IMG/VR virus record: IMGVR_UViG_3300028025_000020
Direction: 5' to 3' (one strand)
Length of the DNA stretch: 31,539 nucleotides
Origin: a virus
Translations under genes and position numbers: made by a program
The notes under the pieces: model-generated
What the model was told of the DNA's origin: nothing
The model's database searches: none
Seen by the model: the letters and a program-made list of their open reading frames with translations, nothing else
Shown: positions 17,254 through 24,262 of the stretch, in pieces
Position numbering within the stretch: position 1 is the first letter of the stretch
How the letters are laid out: each line of letters begins with the position of its first letter

Positions 17254-18260
17254 AATGTTTTTAAAAGTTCGTAGCGTGTTTGGTTAATGCTTTTTAAATT
17301 GTGATGTTGGTTGCAGTATTCTGTATTCAATTCACCAATGCTTAGTTTAGCCATACGGCAAAGACTATCATACCACGACTGCTCTGTATTGTAAGAAAAA
17401 ATAACTCCTTTGTTTCCCTCGTGTAGCGTATATGGTTTGACATTTGATACAATGATAGGTAAATTATAGGCTGCTGCTTCAACTATCTTTAATTCGCTTT
17501 TATATTGGTTGAAATTGCTTTCACATAATGGTGCAATACAAAAGTCAAATAGTGAATAAGAAGTTCCATAGTCTGTCGGTGTAGTTCCTCGAATAGTTTT
17601 AAACCAATCAGGACGATTAAAAATAGTTTCTCCCGTTATAGTTTTCTCGCACATTTGCCATTCGTGGCTTTCTGTGTGATATCCCGCCATATAAAAGATA
17701 GCGTCGTTTTCTTCACAGAATCTTTTAACGCTATTACCTACACGTTTTAAATCTTCAAGGTGAGTGATACCACCAACCCAACCGATAGTCAACTTCTCAT
17801 TCTTTGCTTTCTCAAAATTCCATTGGTCTTGGGTTAAATCTAAAGCATTCGGTAAAATAGTAATGTTGCTATTTATCTCTTTTACTTTCTCAGCAAGTAT
17901 TGAAGTTGAACAAGTGATATGAGTAGCGTTGTATATTGCATCCTTTGTCGCATTCTTAATCATTTGTTTGTACACCCTATATGCTGGATTTGATTTAGGC
18001 ACAACCCAATAGTCATCTACATCGCAAATTGTAGGTATGTTTAACGCTTTTAATTTTTCAAATATGTTATATTGTGCAACTGAAATCCATCTATTGAATA
18101 TAACTACATCGTAAACGCTAAAATCTATGTTAATCCACTCAGGTGGTTTTTGTGATACGTCTACTTGAATGTCGTATTCTCTTTGCATTGCAGCGTACGG
18201 GGTGAATAGTCTGTGAAAGCTCACCCCACTTGCTGAATCCATTAATACTAATATTCTCAT
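17244..18260 (-). CDS. GT-B fold glycosyltransferase (GT1/GT4-like)
   Basis: ORF-track frame, but I place the start at ATG 18260 (MRILVLMDSASG...), which forms an ATGA overlap with the upstream small ORF. Motifs GWVGGITHLEDL and SELKIVEAAAYNLPIIVSN match the C-terminal nucleotide-sugar-binding region of GT-B enzymes. Confidence 0.65.
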   Translation of the reverse strand: MRILVLMDSASGVSFHRLFTPYAAMQREYDIQVDVSQKPPEWINIDFSVYDVVIFNRWISVAQYNIFEKLKALNIPTICDVDDYWVVPKSNPAYRVYKQMIKNATKDAIYNATHITCSTSILAEKVKEINSNITILPNALDLTQDQWNFEKAKNEKLTIGWVGGITHLEDLKRVGNSVKRFCEENDAIFYMAGYHTESHEWQMCEKTITGETIFNRPDWFKTIRGTTPTDYGTSYSLFDFCIAPLCESNFNQYKSELKIVEAAAYNLPIIVSNVKPYTLHEGNKGVIFSYNTEQSWYDSLCRMAKLSIGELNTEYCNQHHNLKSINQTRYELLKTLCL

Positions 18261-18433
18261 TCGCCTGGTAATAAAGGAATGTGCATCCAATAAATAGGTG
18301 ATTTTAAAACGATGTCTGTTTGGAAATCGTACCACATTTCATCGTCATAATATGCAACCAAATTGTCAGACGTCAAAACTGGTCTGTCGTCGCTTGGTTT
18401 TTGTTCTGTTGTTAATCTCCACGATACCTTCAT
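18257..18433 (-). CDS. DUF551-like small protein (58 aa), not in the ORF track
   Basis: Hand-translated: MKVSWRLTTEQKPSDDRPVLTSDNLVAYYDDEMWYDFQTDIVLKSPIYWMHIPLLPGE*. ATGA overlaps at both ends. The pattern W..P...PVL...W....W..IP.LP recalls DUF551. Confidence 0.5.
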   Translation of the reverse strand: MKVSWRLTTEQKPSDDRPVLTSDNLVAYYDDEMWYDFQTDIVLKSPIYWMHIPLLPGE

Positions 18434-18651
18434 AGTTTCAATTGTTCATCATCTAAAATTTCGTGCAGTTTATCCCTTACAATTACATAGGTGTTAAATG
18501 TATCGTCACTCATTCCTTCGGTTGGGTGTTTGATTTCTGACCTTAAAAATGCGTTTATTCTCCACATTGCCATTGACCATTTAGCCCCATCCAATGCAAG
18601 GTTAAAATCTTCGCTATCTTCGGGCAAGTTAAATTCAAGTATTGCTTTCAT
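18430..18651 (-). CDS. Hypothetical protein
   Basis: ORF track, 73 aa. Confidence 0.55.
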   Translation of the reverse strand: MKAILEFNLPEDSEDFNLALDGAKWSMAMWRINAFLRSEIKHPTEGMSDDTFNTYVIVRDKLHEILDDEQLKL

Positions 18652-18875
18652 CAGAACGGCAAATCGTTTTTAGGTTTAGGTACTGCAACATAATGCGTCG
18701 CTTTGCTTTTTTCGTTTGGCGTTTTAAGTTTGCCAACTCTTAACTTTACATCACCATATTTGTTGACTTCAAGTTTTCCACTTGCAATGGCTTGGTTTAG
18801 TTTTTCGATGTTAATTGATACGTTGTTTCCGTACTGGTCTTCCCAACCATTCCCGAGATAAATTGTTTCTGTCAT
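18651..18875 (-). CDS. Small protein with an SSB-like C-terminal tip (...PKPKNDLPF*)
   Basis: ORF track, 74 aa. I read the last codons directly as AAC GAT TTG CCG TTC TGA. Confidence 0.6.
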   Translation of the reverse strand: MTETIYLGNGWEDQYGNNVSINIEKLNQAIASGKLEVNKYGDVKLRVGKLKTPNEKSKATHYVAVPKPKNDLPF

Positions 18876-19237
18876 TGTTTTAAATTTAATGTAATTGTTA
18901 TTGGTTCTTCTGTTTTAATATTATTGTCTACTGTCTCTTTTGGTTTTCCGTGTACCCTTGTAACTAAAGTCTCAAGATTGAATAATGAGTTCTTGTCGTG
19001 CGCTTTAACCAATGAACCAGCAATGATCTGTTCAATGATTGTATATTGACCAGTCTTGTCTTTGTCTATTGCTTCAAGTTCTTGCCTATTCATTGCCATC
19101 ATATTCATATACGTTTGGTTTACATCGTCTTTTGAATACCCAAGTTCTTTAAGTTTGGTAACTATTTTTTTAGGTCTACCATTAGGGTTTGCATTGTTTC
19201 CTGGTAGAAATTTCTTCAAGTTTTGTTCGTTTGCCAT
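18872..19237 (-). CDS. terS: Terminase small subunit-like protein
   Basis: ORF track, 121 aa. The N-terminal GNNANPNGRPKK motif is common in phage small terminases. Located next to the HNH gene and upstream of terL. Confidence 0.5.
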   Translation of the reverse strand: MANEQNLKKFLPGNNANPNGRPKKIVTKLKELGYSKDDVNQTYMNMMAMNRQELEAIDKDKTGQYTIIEQIIAGSLVKAHDKNSLFNLETLVTRVHGKPKETVDNNIKTEEPITITLNLKQ

Positions 19238-19243
19238 TCTCGA

Positions 19244-19513
19244 TTATTTCACGTTTTTTTTATTGTACTTCATAAAATTCAAATGTATTTCTTTTAACAT
19301 CTCTTTGTGTTGTTTTTTATCACCGTATTGAACGTGGTGACCTCTACAAAGACACATTAAGTTTTCAATCGTGTCTTCTTTTTTAGTGCCACCCATTCCA
19401 CGACATTCTATATGGTGAATATCGTTACCAGCATTGCCACAAATTTCACACGGAATCCAATCAGTTAAGTGATAGCCGAAATAGTCCATATAAATCTTTG
19501 TGTGTTTTTTCAT
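19244..19513 (-). CDS. HNH endonuclease
   Basis: ORF-track frame. I prefer the start at ATG 19513 (MKKHTKIY...), which forms an ATGA overlap with the methyltransferase stop. Motif CEICGNAGNDIHHIECRGMGG...NLMCLCRGHH. Confidence 0.75.
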   Translation of the reverse strand: MKKHTKIYMDYFGYHLTDWIPCEICGNAGNDIHHIECRGMGGTKKEDTIENLMCLCRGHHVQYGDKKQHKEMLKEIHLNFMKYNKKNVK

Positions 19514-20100
19514 TTTGTAAATAATAAACTCCAAGTTGTTGGTAAATCTACATTACTATGATATTTAAAACCACAGTCTTCAAATAGTTTTATCCATTCG
19601 TTTTCTTGTTTGATGTTAATATGCCCCCACTCAACGTCGAAATCTGTTTTGTGTGGTGTGCTACTAAAATGAAAATACTTGCATTCTAAGTTAGTTAAAA
19701 ATGGAATGAGTTTTTCATCTTCTATGTGTTCCATAACTTCAATAGACGATACCAATTCTTTTTCATCTATTTTAAGCGTGGTAAAGTCTCCTTGAATGAT
19801 TTTCTCTTTAGGAATATATTTACTGGCATACTCACAATGTAAGGGTGATAAGTCATAGTACTTGTTAAGGATATCACGCATTGCATAGGCATAGACACCC
19901 ATACCACCACCGCAGTCTGTGAACGATTTTGCATTGGTTATCTCTCGTATTTTTTTAGCCGTATTTTCAAACATAGATACATATCCTTGATTATCCATAT
20001 TAATCGAAAGTTTCATTTCGTGTTCGAAACATTTGGCATCATTCCAAGTTCCGTTAAAACTATTTCTTTCTGCGTTTAGGCTTTTGTTCATCGTCTGCAA
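19510..20100 (-). CDS. Class I SAM-dependent methyltransferase
   Basis: ORF track, 196 aa. Motif I FTDCGGGMGVY and post-motif SSIEVMEHIED. No DNA-methyltransferase catalytic motif (DPPY, or PC with ENV) is visible. Confidence 0.6.
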   Translation of the reverse strand: MQTMNKSLNAERNSFNGTWNDAKCFEHEMKLSINMDNQGYVSMFENTAKKIREITNAKSFTDCGGGMGVYAYAMRDILNKYYDLSPLHCEYASKYIPKEKIIQGDFTTLKIDEKELVSSIEVMEHIEDEKLIPFLTNLECKYFHFSSTPHKTDFDVEWGHINIKQENEWIKLFEDCGFKYHSNVDLPTTWSLLFTK

Positions 20101-20365
20101 GTTGGGCTAAAATTAAAGCGTTGTTTTCAACTTCTGTAATTGTTGGTATTTTAGTTTCCTTTTCAAATCTTGCACGTATTACAAGGCTTGTAAATGAATC
20201 TACAAAACAAGAACCACACATTGGTATTGGATTTCCCATTACTTCTTGATGGATTGCACGTACTTTGTTTTCGTCTGCTGGTGGCATTCTCATAACCATC
20301 GTTTTTCTAAACGCAGTTAAGTACTGCTCGACTTCTAAAATAAAATCTATGTGTTCTGTTTTCAT
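20060..20365 (-). CDS. Hypothetical protein
   Basis: ORF track, 101 aa. Basic C-terminal tail KPKRRKK. Confidence 0.55.
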   Translation of the reverse strand: MKTEHIDFILEVEQYLTAFRKTMVMRMPPADENKVRAIHQEVMGNPIPMCGSCFVDSFTSLVIRARFEKETKIPTITEVENNALILAQLADDEQKPKRRKK

Positions 20366-20586
20366 AATTTATATAATTTGTAAGCTAAAATGTAACATAG
20401 TGATGCTGGTATAATACACGCTAAATTCCAAGTGTTAAAAAAGTAACCAAGCCCAATGTGAAATGCCATACAACTTTCACACGTCAAAGGTTTGATTTTT
20501 AGTTTACTTGGTAGTTGTGGTGTTAGTACTGTCGCAATTACTATTCCAAGACTTGCTATACCCAATATTTCTATAAGTAAATTCAT
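20362..20586 (-). CDS. Small integral membrane protein
   Basis: ORF track, 74 aa. Several hydrophobic segments. ATGA overlaps at both ends. Confidence 0.55.
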   Translation of the reverse strand: MNLLIEILGIASLGIVIATVLTPQLPSKLKIKPLTCESCMAFHIGLGYFFNTWNLACIIPASLCYILAYKLYKL

Positions 20587-20801
20587 TTGTTAGTTGTTGT
20601 TGAAGTGTGTTCACTTTGTTGTTCAAATATATCAGTTCTTTGTTCTCCTGAAATTTCCTTGCTTTGTAGCCCATTGTTATCAGTAGGCAAACAAAAATGA
20701 TTTTTAATAAATTCATAATCTTTCGTTATTTGGTGTTTAATTGTATTATCAATGTCGTGGTATTTCATAAGACGAAAATAAAATGCTTGAAGTTTATTCA
20801 T
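20583..20801 (-). CDS. Hypothetical protein
   Basis: ORF track, 72 aa. Coupled to the sigma gene and the membrane protein gene. Confidence 0.5.
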   Translation of the reverse strand: MNKLQAFYFRLMKYHDIDNTIKHQITKDYEFIKNHFCLPTDNNGLQSKEISGEQRTDIFEQQSEHTSTTTNK

Positions 20802-21294
20802 ATTCGTTTATGATTTGTCTTTTTATGTCTTTGATTACCCTTAGTACTTCACGTAATGTTATTTTGGTTTTACGATGGATTGACCTTGCCGATTCACCAT
20901 TCGACCACATTGTAAAGATTTCCCGTTCGTACCATTTGTTTTTGCTTACTACGTTTTCAATCAGTTTATATTTGTTTTCCTTTTCGATGGCATCGTCTAT
21001 TGTGTTTAAATATTCTATCTGTACATTTTCAATATCAAATAGTCCTATCGGCTTCATAACGTCGTAGAACTTTTGACGTGGTGTTGAACTTTGCGACCAC
21101 ATTATTTTAATGCAAAACAATTTAATATAACCATCGTTGTAAACCTTTATTAATTTGTCATCTGGCATTTCACATAAAATAAGTAAAAGATGTTGAGCTA
21201 AATCGTCGTGGAATAAGGGCGATATTGTTTTTGACGCCTTATAAAGCCATTCTGATTTTGCAACTTCTATCAGTATATTATTTTTGATGTGCAA
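20794..21294 (-). CDS. ECF-like sigma factor (regions 2 and 4)
   Basis: ORF track, 166 aa. The start codon read at 21294-21292 is TTG. Region 2-like HDDLAQHLLLIL...YIKLFCIKIMWSQ. Region 4 HTH-like YEREIFTMWSNGESARSIHRKTKITLREVLRVIKDIKRQI. Confidence 0.6.
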   Translation of the reverse strand: MHIKNNILIEVAKSEWLYKASKTISPLFHDDLAQHLLLILCEMPDDKLIKVYNDGYIKLFCIKIMWSQSSTPRQKFYDVMKPIGLFDIENVQIEYLNTIDDAIEKENKYKLIENVVSKNKWYEREIFTMWSNGESARSIHRKTKITLREVLRVIKDIKRQIINEYE

Positions 21295-21300
21295 ATATTA

Positions 21301-21417
21301 CTATATTTTTTTCAATTCTACAAATTTATATCCATTTTTCTCTGCTTTTTTTTTATAATACTCAACTTCTTCTTCGGAATTTAGGCAGTACACTTCTTGG
21401 TACTTATTTTTTTCCAT
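21301..21417 (-). CDS. Possible small ORF (38 aa)
   Basis: Hand-translated: MEKNKYQEVYCLNSEEEVEYYKKKAEKNGYKFVELKKI*. It overlaps the upstream stop and fills the gap before the sigma gene. Confidence 0.3.
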   Translation of the reverse strand: MEKNKYQEVYCLNSEEEVEYYKKKAEKNGYKFVELKKI

Positions 21418-21853
21418 CACTAATTGATAGAAGGTTTTTTGCATCCTCATATATTGCAGTCTCGTTTTTGTATTTCATTTGTAGATAATCTGTGTAAGCG
21501 TTTACGCTATGTATAACGGTGCTATGGTCACGAATTAAAAAATTACCTACGTTCTTTAATGTGTAGTTAAAATATTTCACAGTAATATAGCAAAATAGTT
21601 GACGTGCAATAACTATTTCACGCTTTCTGTTTTTGGAAATAATGTCGTGAGGCATTATACCACTGGCATCACAAACCTTTTGCAAAATTTCTGTAAGTTC
21701 TTTGTTCTTGTTCATTTTGTGAATAGGGTTTATAATCATTTCCTTTAAGCGTTGTATTTCTTTTTGGTAGTTGCGTTCAGTTACTTCTACTTTGTTCTCT
21801 AAATATCGCACTTGACGGCGTTCTTTTAGATATTCTACATAATAGTCTATCAT
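21404..21853 (-). CDS. DnaA domain IV (C-terminal DNA-binding domain)-only protein
   Basis: ORF track, 149 aa. ISKNRKREIVIARQLFCYITVKYFNYTLKNVGNFLIRDHSTVIHSVNAY aligns with the DnaA domain IV signature (...R....ARQ.AMYL...T..SL..IG..FGGRDHTTV.HA...). No AAA+ domain is present. Confidence 0.75.
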   Translation of the reverse strand: MIDYYVEYLKERRQVRYLENKVEVTERNYQKEIQRLKEMIINPIHKMNKNKELTEILQKVCDASGIMPHDIISKNRKREIVIARQLFCYITVKYFNYTLKNVGNFLIRDHSTVIHSVNAYTDYLQMKYKNETAIYEDAKNLLSISDGKK

Positions 21854-21854
21854 A

Positions 21855-23036
21855 TTAAAATAAATTTATTTGTCTTTGTGAATAATCCTTATAAGCATCT
21901 GCTGAAAAAACTACAATATTATTTTCATATTCAATATATTCTCCAATATATTTATAAGATTTTGTTATACTTTCTTTTCTTAATTTCATACCATTATCTT
22001 TACCATCTTCTTTTAATTTATTATTTGTTTTTTTTATGCTTTCTATATTATTATTCTCTACAACTAATTTCCAATATTTTGTATTACGTTCCATTCCCAT
22101 AAATAAAGATGGATTACTTGTTTTAATATATAAATGTTTTTTAATTGATTTATACATTGCGCCAAAATAATTTAATACTTTTATTCCAATACCAAGTCCT
22201 TGATAATCAGGTAAAATAACCAAACGACTGATTCTAAAAGCATCTGATATTGTACCCGATGGCATTGGCAAAATAGCAATAAATCCAACTGGTTTATCAT
22301 TCCAAGTTATACAAAATGACTTTGCTGCTTTATTCAATTCTTGTGTTAAATAATGATGTTGTTTGAATATATTCCAAGTTTCATATCTGCATCGAAATAT
22401 CTGAAAGTCAATTTGTGGTCTTGATTGCCGAAGATAGTCGTGTTTTTCAACACGTCCCTTTAATGGTGAATATGTCCAATCAGGTAATAACCATTCCATA
22501 ATATCAAAATGACAAGATGCTAAAACAATTTTTTTATTCATTTTTCTAATATATTTTTGTAATGAATAAGACATAGATTTTGCGACATCTCTATCTACAA
22601 CACTTGTAAATTCATCAATTAATATTACATCATTTTCTTTTGCACTTGCAATTTTATATGCTAATTCAGCACGATATTGTTCTCCATTAGATAATAAATG
22701 AAATTGACGTAACCAAGTAGGAACAGAAGATAAACCAATTGCACTTAATAATAAACAAGCATCTTTTGGTTCTAAAAAATCAAAATTAGAAATTAGTGCT
22801 TTTTCTTTATCAAATTCAATTTTATTAATATCTCCAAATTGTTTTAATAATGATGTTTTGCCAGTGCCTGAACCACCATAAATTACCCCTATATTCCAAG
22901 TAAAATTTTTACATTCTCCAAAATTAATTGGTATTTCTACAATTGTTTCTTCTTTGTTTTGAATGTCAAATGAATCATAAATATAATTGGTATATTTATC
23001 ATTTTGAATCTTTTGTTTTAAAATTAATTTTCTCAT
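21855..23036 (-). CDS. ABC-type ATPase (single NBD) fused to a GNAT acetyltransferase domain
   Basis: ORF track, 393 aa. Walker A GGSGTGKTS (54-62), signature-like LSNGEQ (115-120), Walker B/D-loop VILIDEFTSVVD (137-148), H-loop LASCH (172-176), GNAT motif A RLVILPDYQGLGIGIKVL (271-288). Markedly lower GC than its neighbours. Confidence 0.7.
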   Translation of the reverse strand: MRKLILKQKIQNDKYTNYIYDSFDIQNKEETIVEIPINFGECKNFTWNIGVIYGGSGTGKTSLLKQFGDINKIEFDKEKALISNFDFLEPKDACLLLSAIGLSSVPTWLRQFHLLSNGEQYRAELAYKIASAKENDVILIDEFTSVVDRDVAKSMSYSLQKYIRKMNKKIVLASCHFDIMEWLLPDWTYSPLKGRVEKHDYLRQSRPQIDFQIFRCRYETWNIFKQHHYLTQELNKAAKSFCITWNDKPVGFIAILPMPSGTISDAFRISRLVILPDYQGLGIGIKVLNYFGAMYKSIKKHLYIKTSNPSLFMGMERNTKYWKLVVENNNIESIKKTNNKLKEDGKDNGMKLRKESITKSYKYIGEYIEYENNIVVFSADAYKDYSQRQINLF

Positions 23037-24262
23037 ATTATTTCTTTATATCGTGTGTACTTACCTTCAAATGATACTGGTACGGTAACGGTGCTCCCGT
23101 GTCGATTCTTTGCAACAATTAATTCTGCATCGGTTTCAACTTCAGTTTGTTCTTGTTGGTAGTATTGAGGTCTAAACGGAAACATAATTAAATCGGCATC
23201 TTGTTCTATTGAACCTGATTCACGCAAGTCTGAAAGCATTGGGCGTTTATCTGTTCGTTGTTCGCTATTTCTATTTAATTGAGCCAAACAAATAACGGTA
23301 ATGCCTAAATCCTTAGCAATTATTTTTAACGACCTTGAAATTTCTGCAACTTCTTGTTCTCGATTTTGTTTTGTACCTTTCACCAATTGCAAGTAATCAA
23401 TAATTAAAACATTTAAACCATACTTTGCCTTATGCAATTGTGCTTTTGCTCGTATATCGTTAATGGTTGCCTTTGTATCATCGTCTACATAGAAATCACT
23501 TTCAAGTTGATAAAGTGAACGTGAAATATGTTCGTGTTCAAAATCCTTTAAATTACCACCACGAATTTTATAATTCTCAATATTAGCAAAAAATGAAATA
23601 TAACGCTTTGCAAGTTCTTCGCTACTCATTTCAAGACTAATAAATAAAACTTTTGCGTGTGCGTATGCTCCAATTGTAAGTGATAAAGCCATTGCAGTCT
23701 TACCCGAACCAGGTCGACCAGCAATAATAACCAAGTTTCCGTTATTCCAACCACCAATATACTTGTCTAATAATCTCCAACCCGTAGAAATACCCATAAG
23801 TTTTTCACCTCGTTTCATTTGTTGTTCTAAATCGTCAATTACCTTTGCAGTTACCTTTGACATCGGCAATGGTTCACGTTCAATTGTTATTTGTGCTTCG
23901 GTTGTCATCTTTTGCAAATCGTTTAATATCACATCTAATGTGTTTAACGTGTCTAATTTGCTTAATTTTTCAATCAAACTACCTTTCTTATGCTCTATGT
24001 CTAATTCAAAAAGATAATGCTTTAAATCGGTGCTATATGAATAACTATTTGTAAATTGTGTTAACTCAAACGCTTTGCCTTTAAAGTTACGTGCCAAACT
24101 TACCAAGTCTATAGGGTTGTTATTAAGGTATGACATTTGCATAAAATCAATTATTTCTTTATTCCACCCATCAAACCAATAAGATTTGATTTTAGGTAAA
24201 AATACGTGTGTTGCTTTGTCTTGTATAAAGCATCCTATTATATAACTTTCTCTATTAATCAT
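23033..24262 (-). CDS. dnaB: Replicative DNA helicase (DnaB family)
   Basis: ORF track, 409 aa. Walker A GRPGSGKTAMALSL, Walker B LIIDYLQL, LAQLNR and SGSIEQDADLIMF motifs in canonical order. Confidence 0.85.
   Translation of the reverse strand: MINRESYIIGCFIQDKATHVFLPKIKSYWFDGWNKEIIDFMQMSYLNNNPIDLVSLARNFKGKAFELTQFTNSYSYSTDLKHYLFELDIEHKKGSLIEKLSKLDTLNTLDVILNDLQKMTTEAQITIEREPLPMSKVTAKVIDDLEQQMKRGEKLMGISTGWRLLDKYIGGWNNGNLVIIAGRPGSGKTAMALSLTIGAYAHAKVLFISLEMSSEELAKRYISFFANIENYKIRGGNLKDFEHEHISRSLYQLESDFYVDDDTKATINDIRAKAQLHKAKYGLNVLIIDYLQLVKGTKQNREQEVAEISRSLKIIAKDLGITVICLAQLNRNSEQRTDKRPMLSDLRESGSIEQDADLIMFPFRPQYYQQEQTEVETDAELIVAKNRHGSTVTVPVSFEGKYTRYKEII

Noticed and set aside
18261-18335. N-terminal extensions in the ORF track that begin at non-ATG codons (18335; also 25420 TTG, 27830 GTG, 30037 TTG, 19534)
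   Set aside because: These extensions run through promoter boxes, a terminator stem or an upstream coupled ORF. In each case an internal ATG gives a clean junction, so I shortened the calls.
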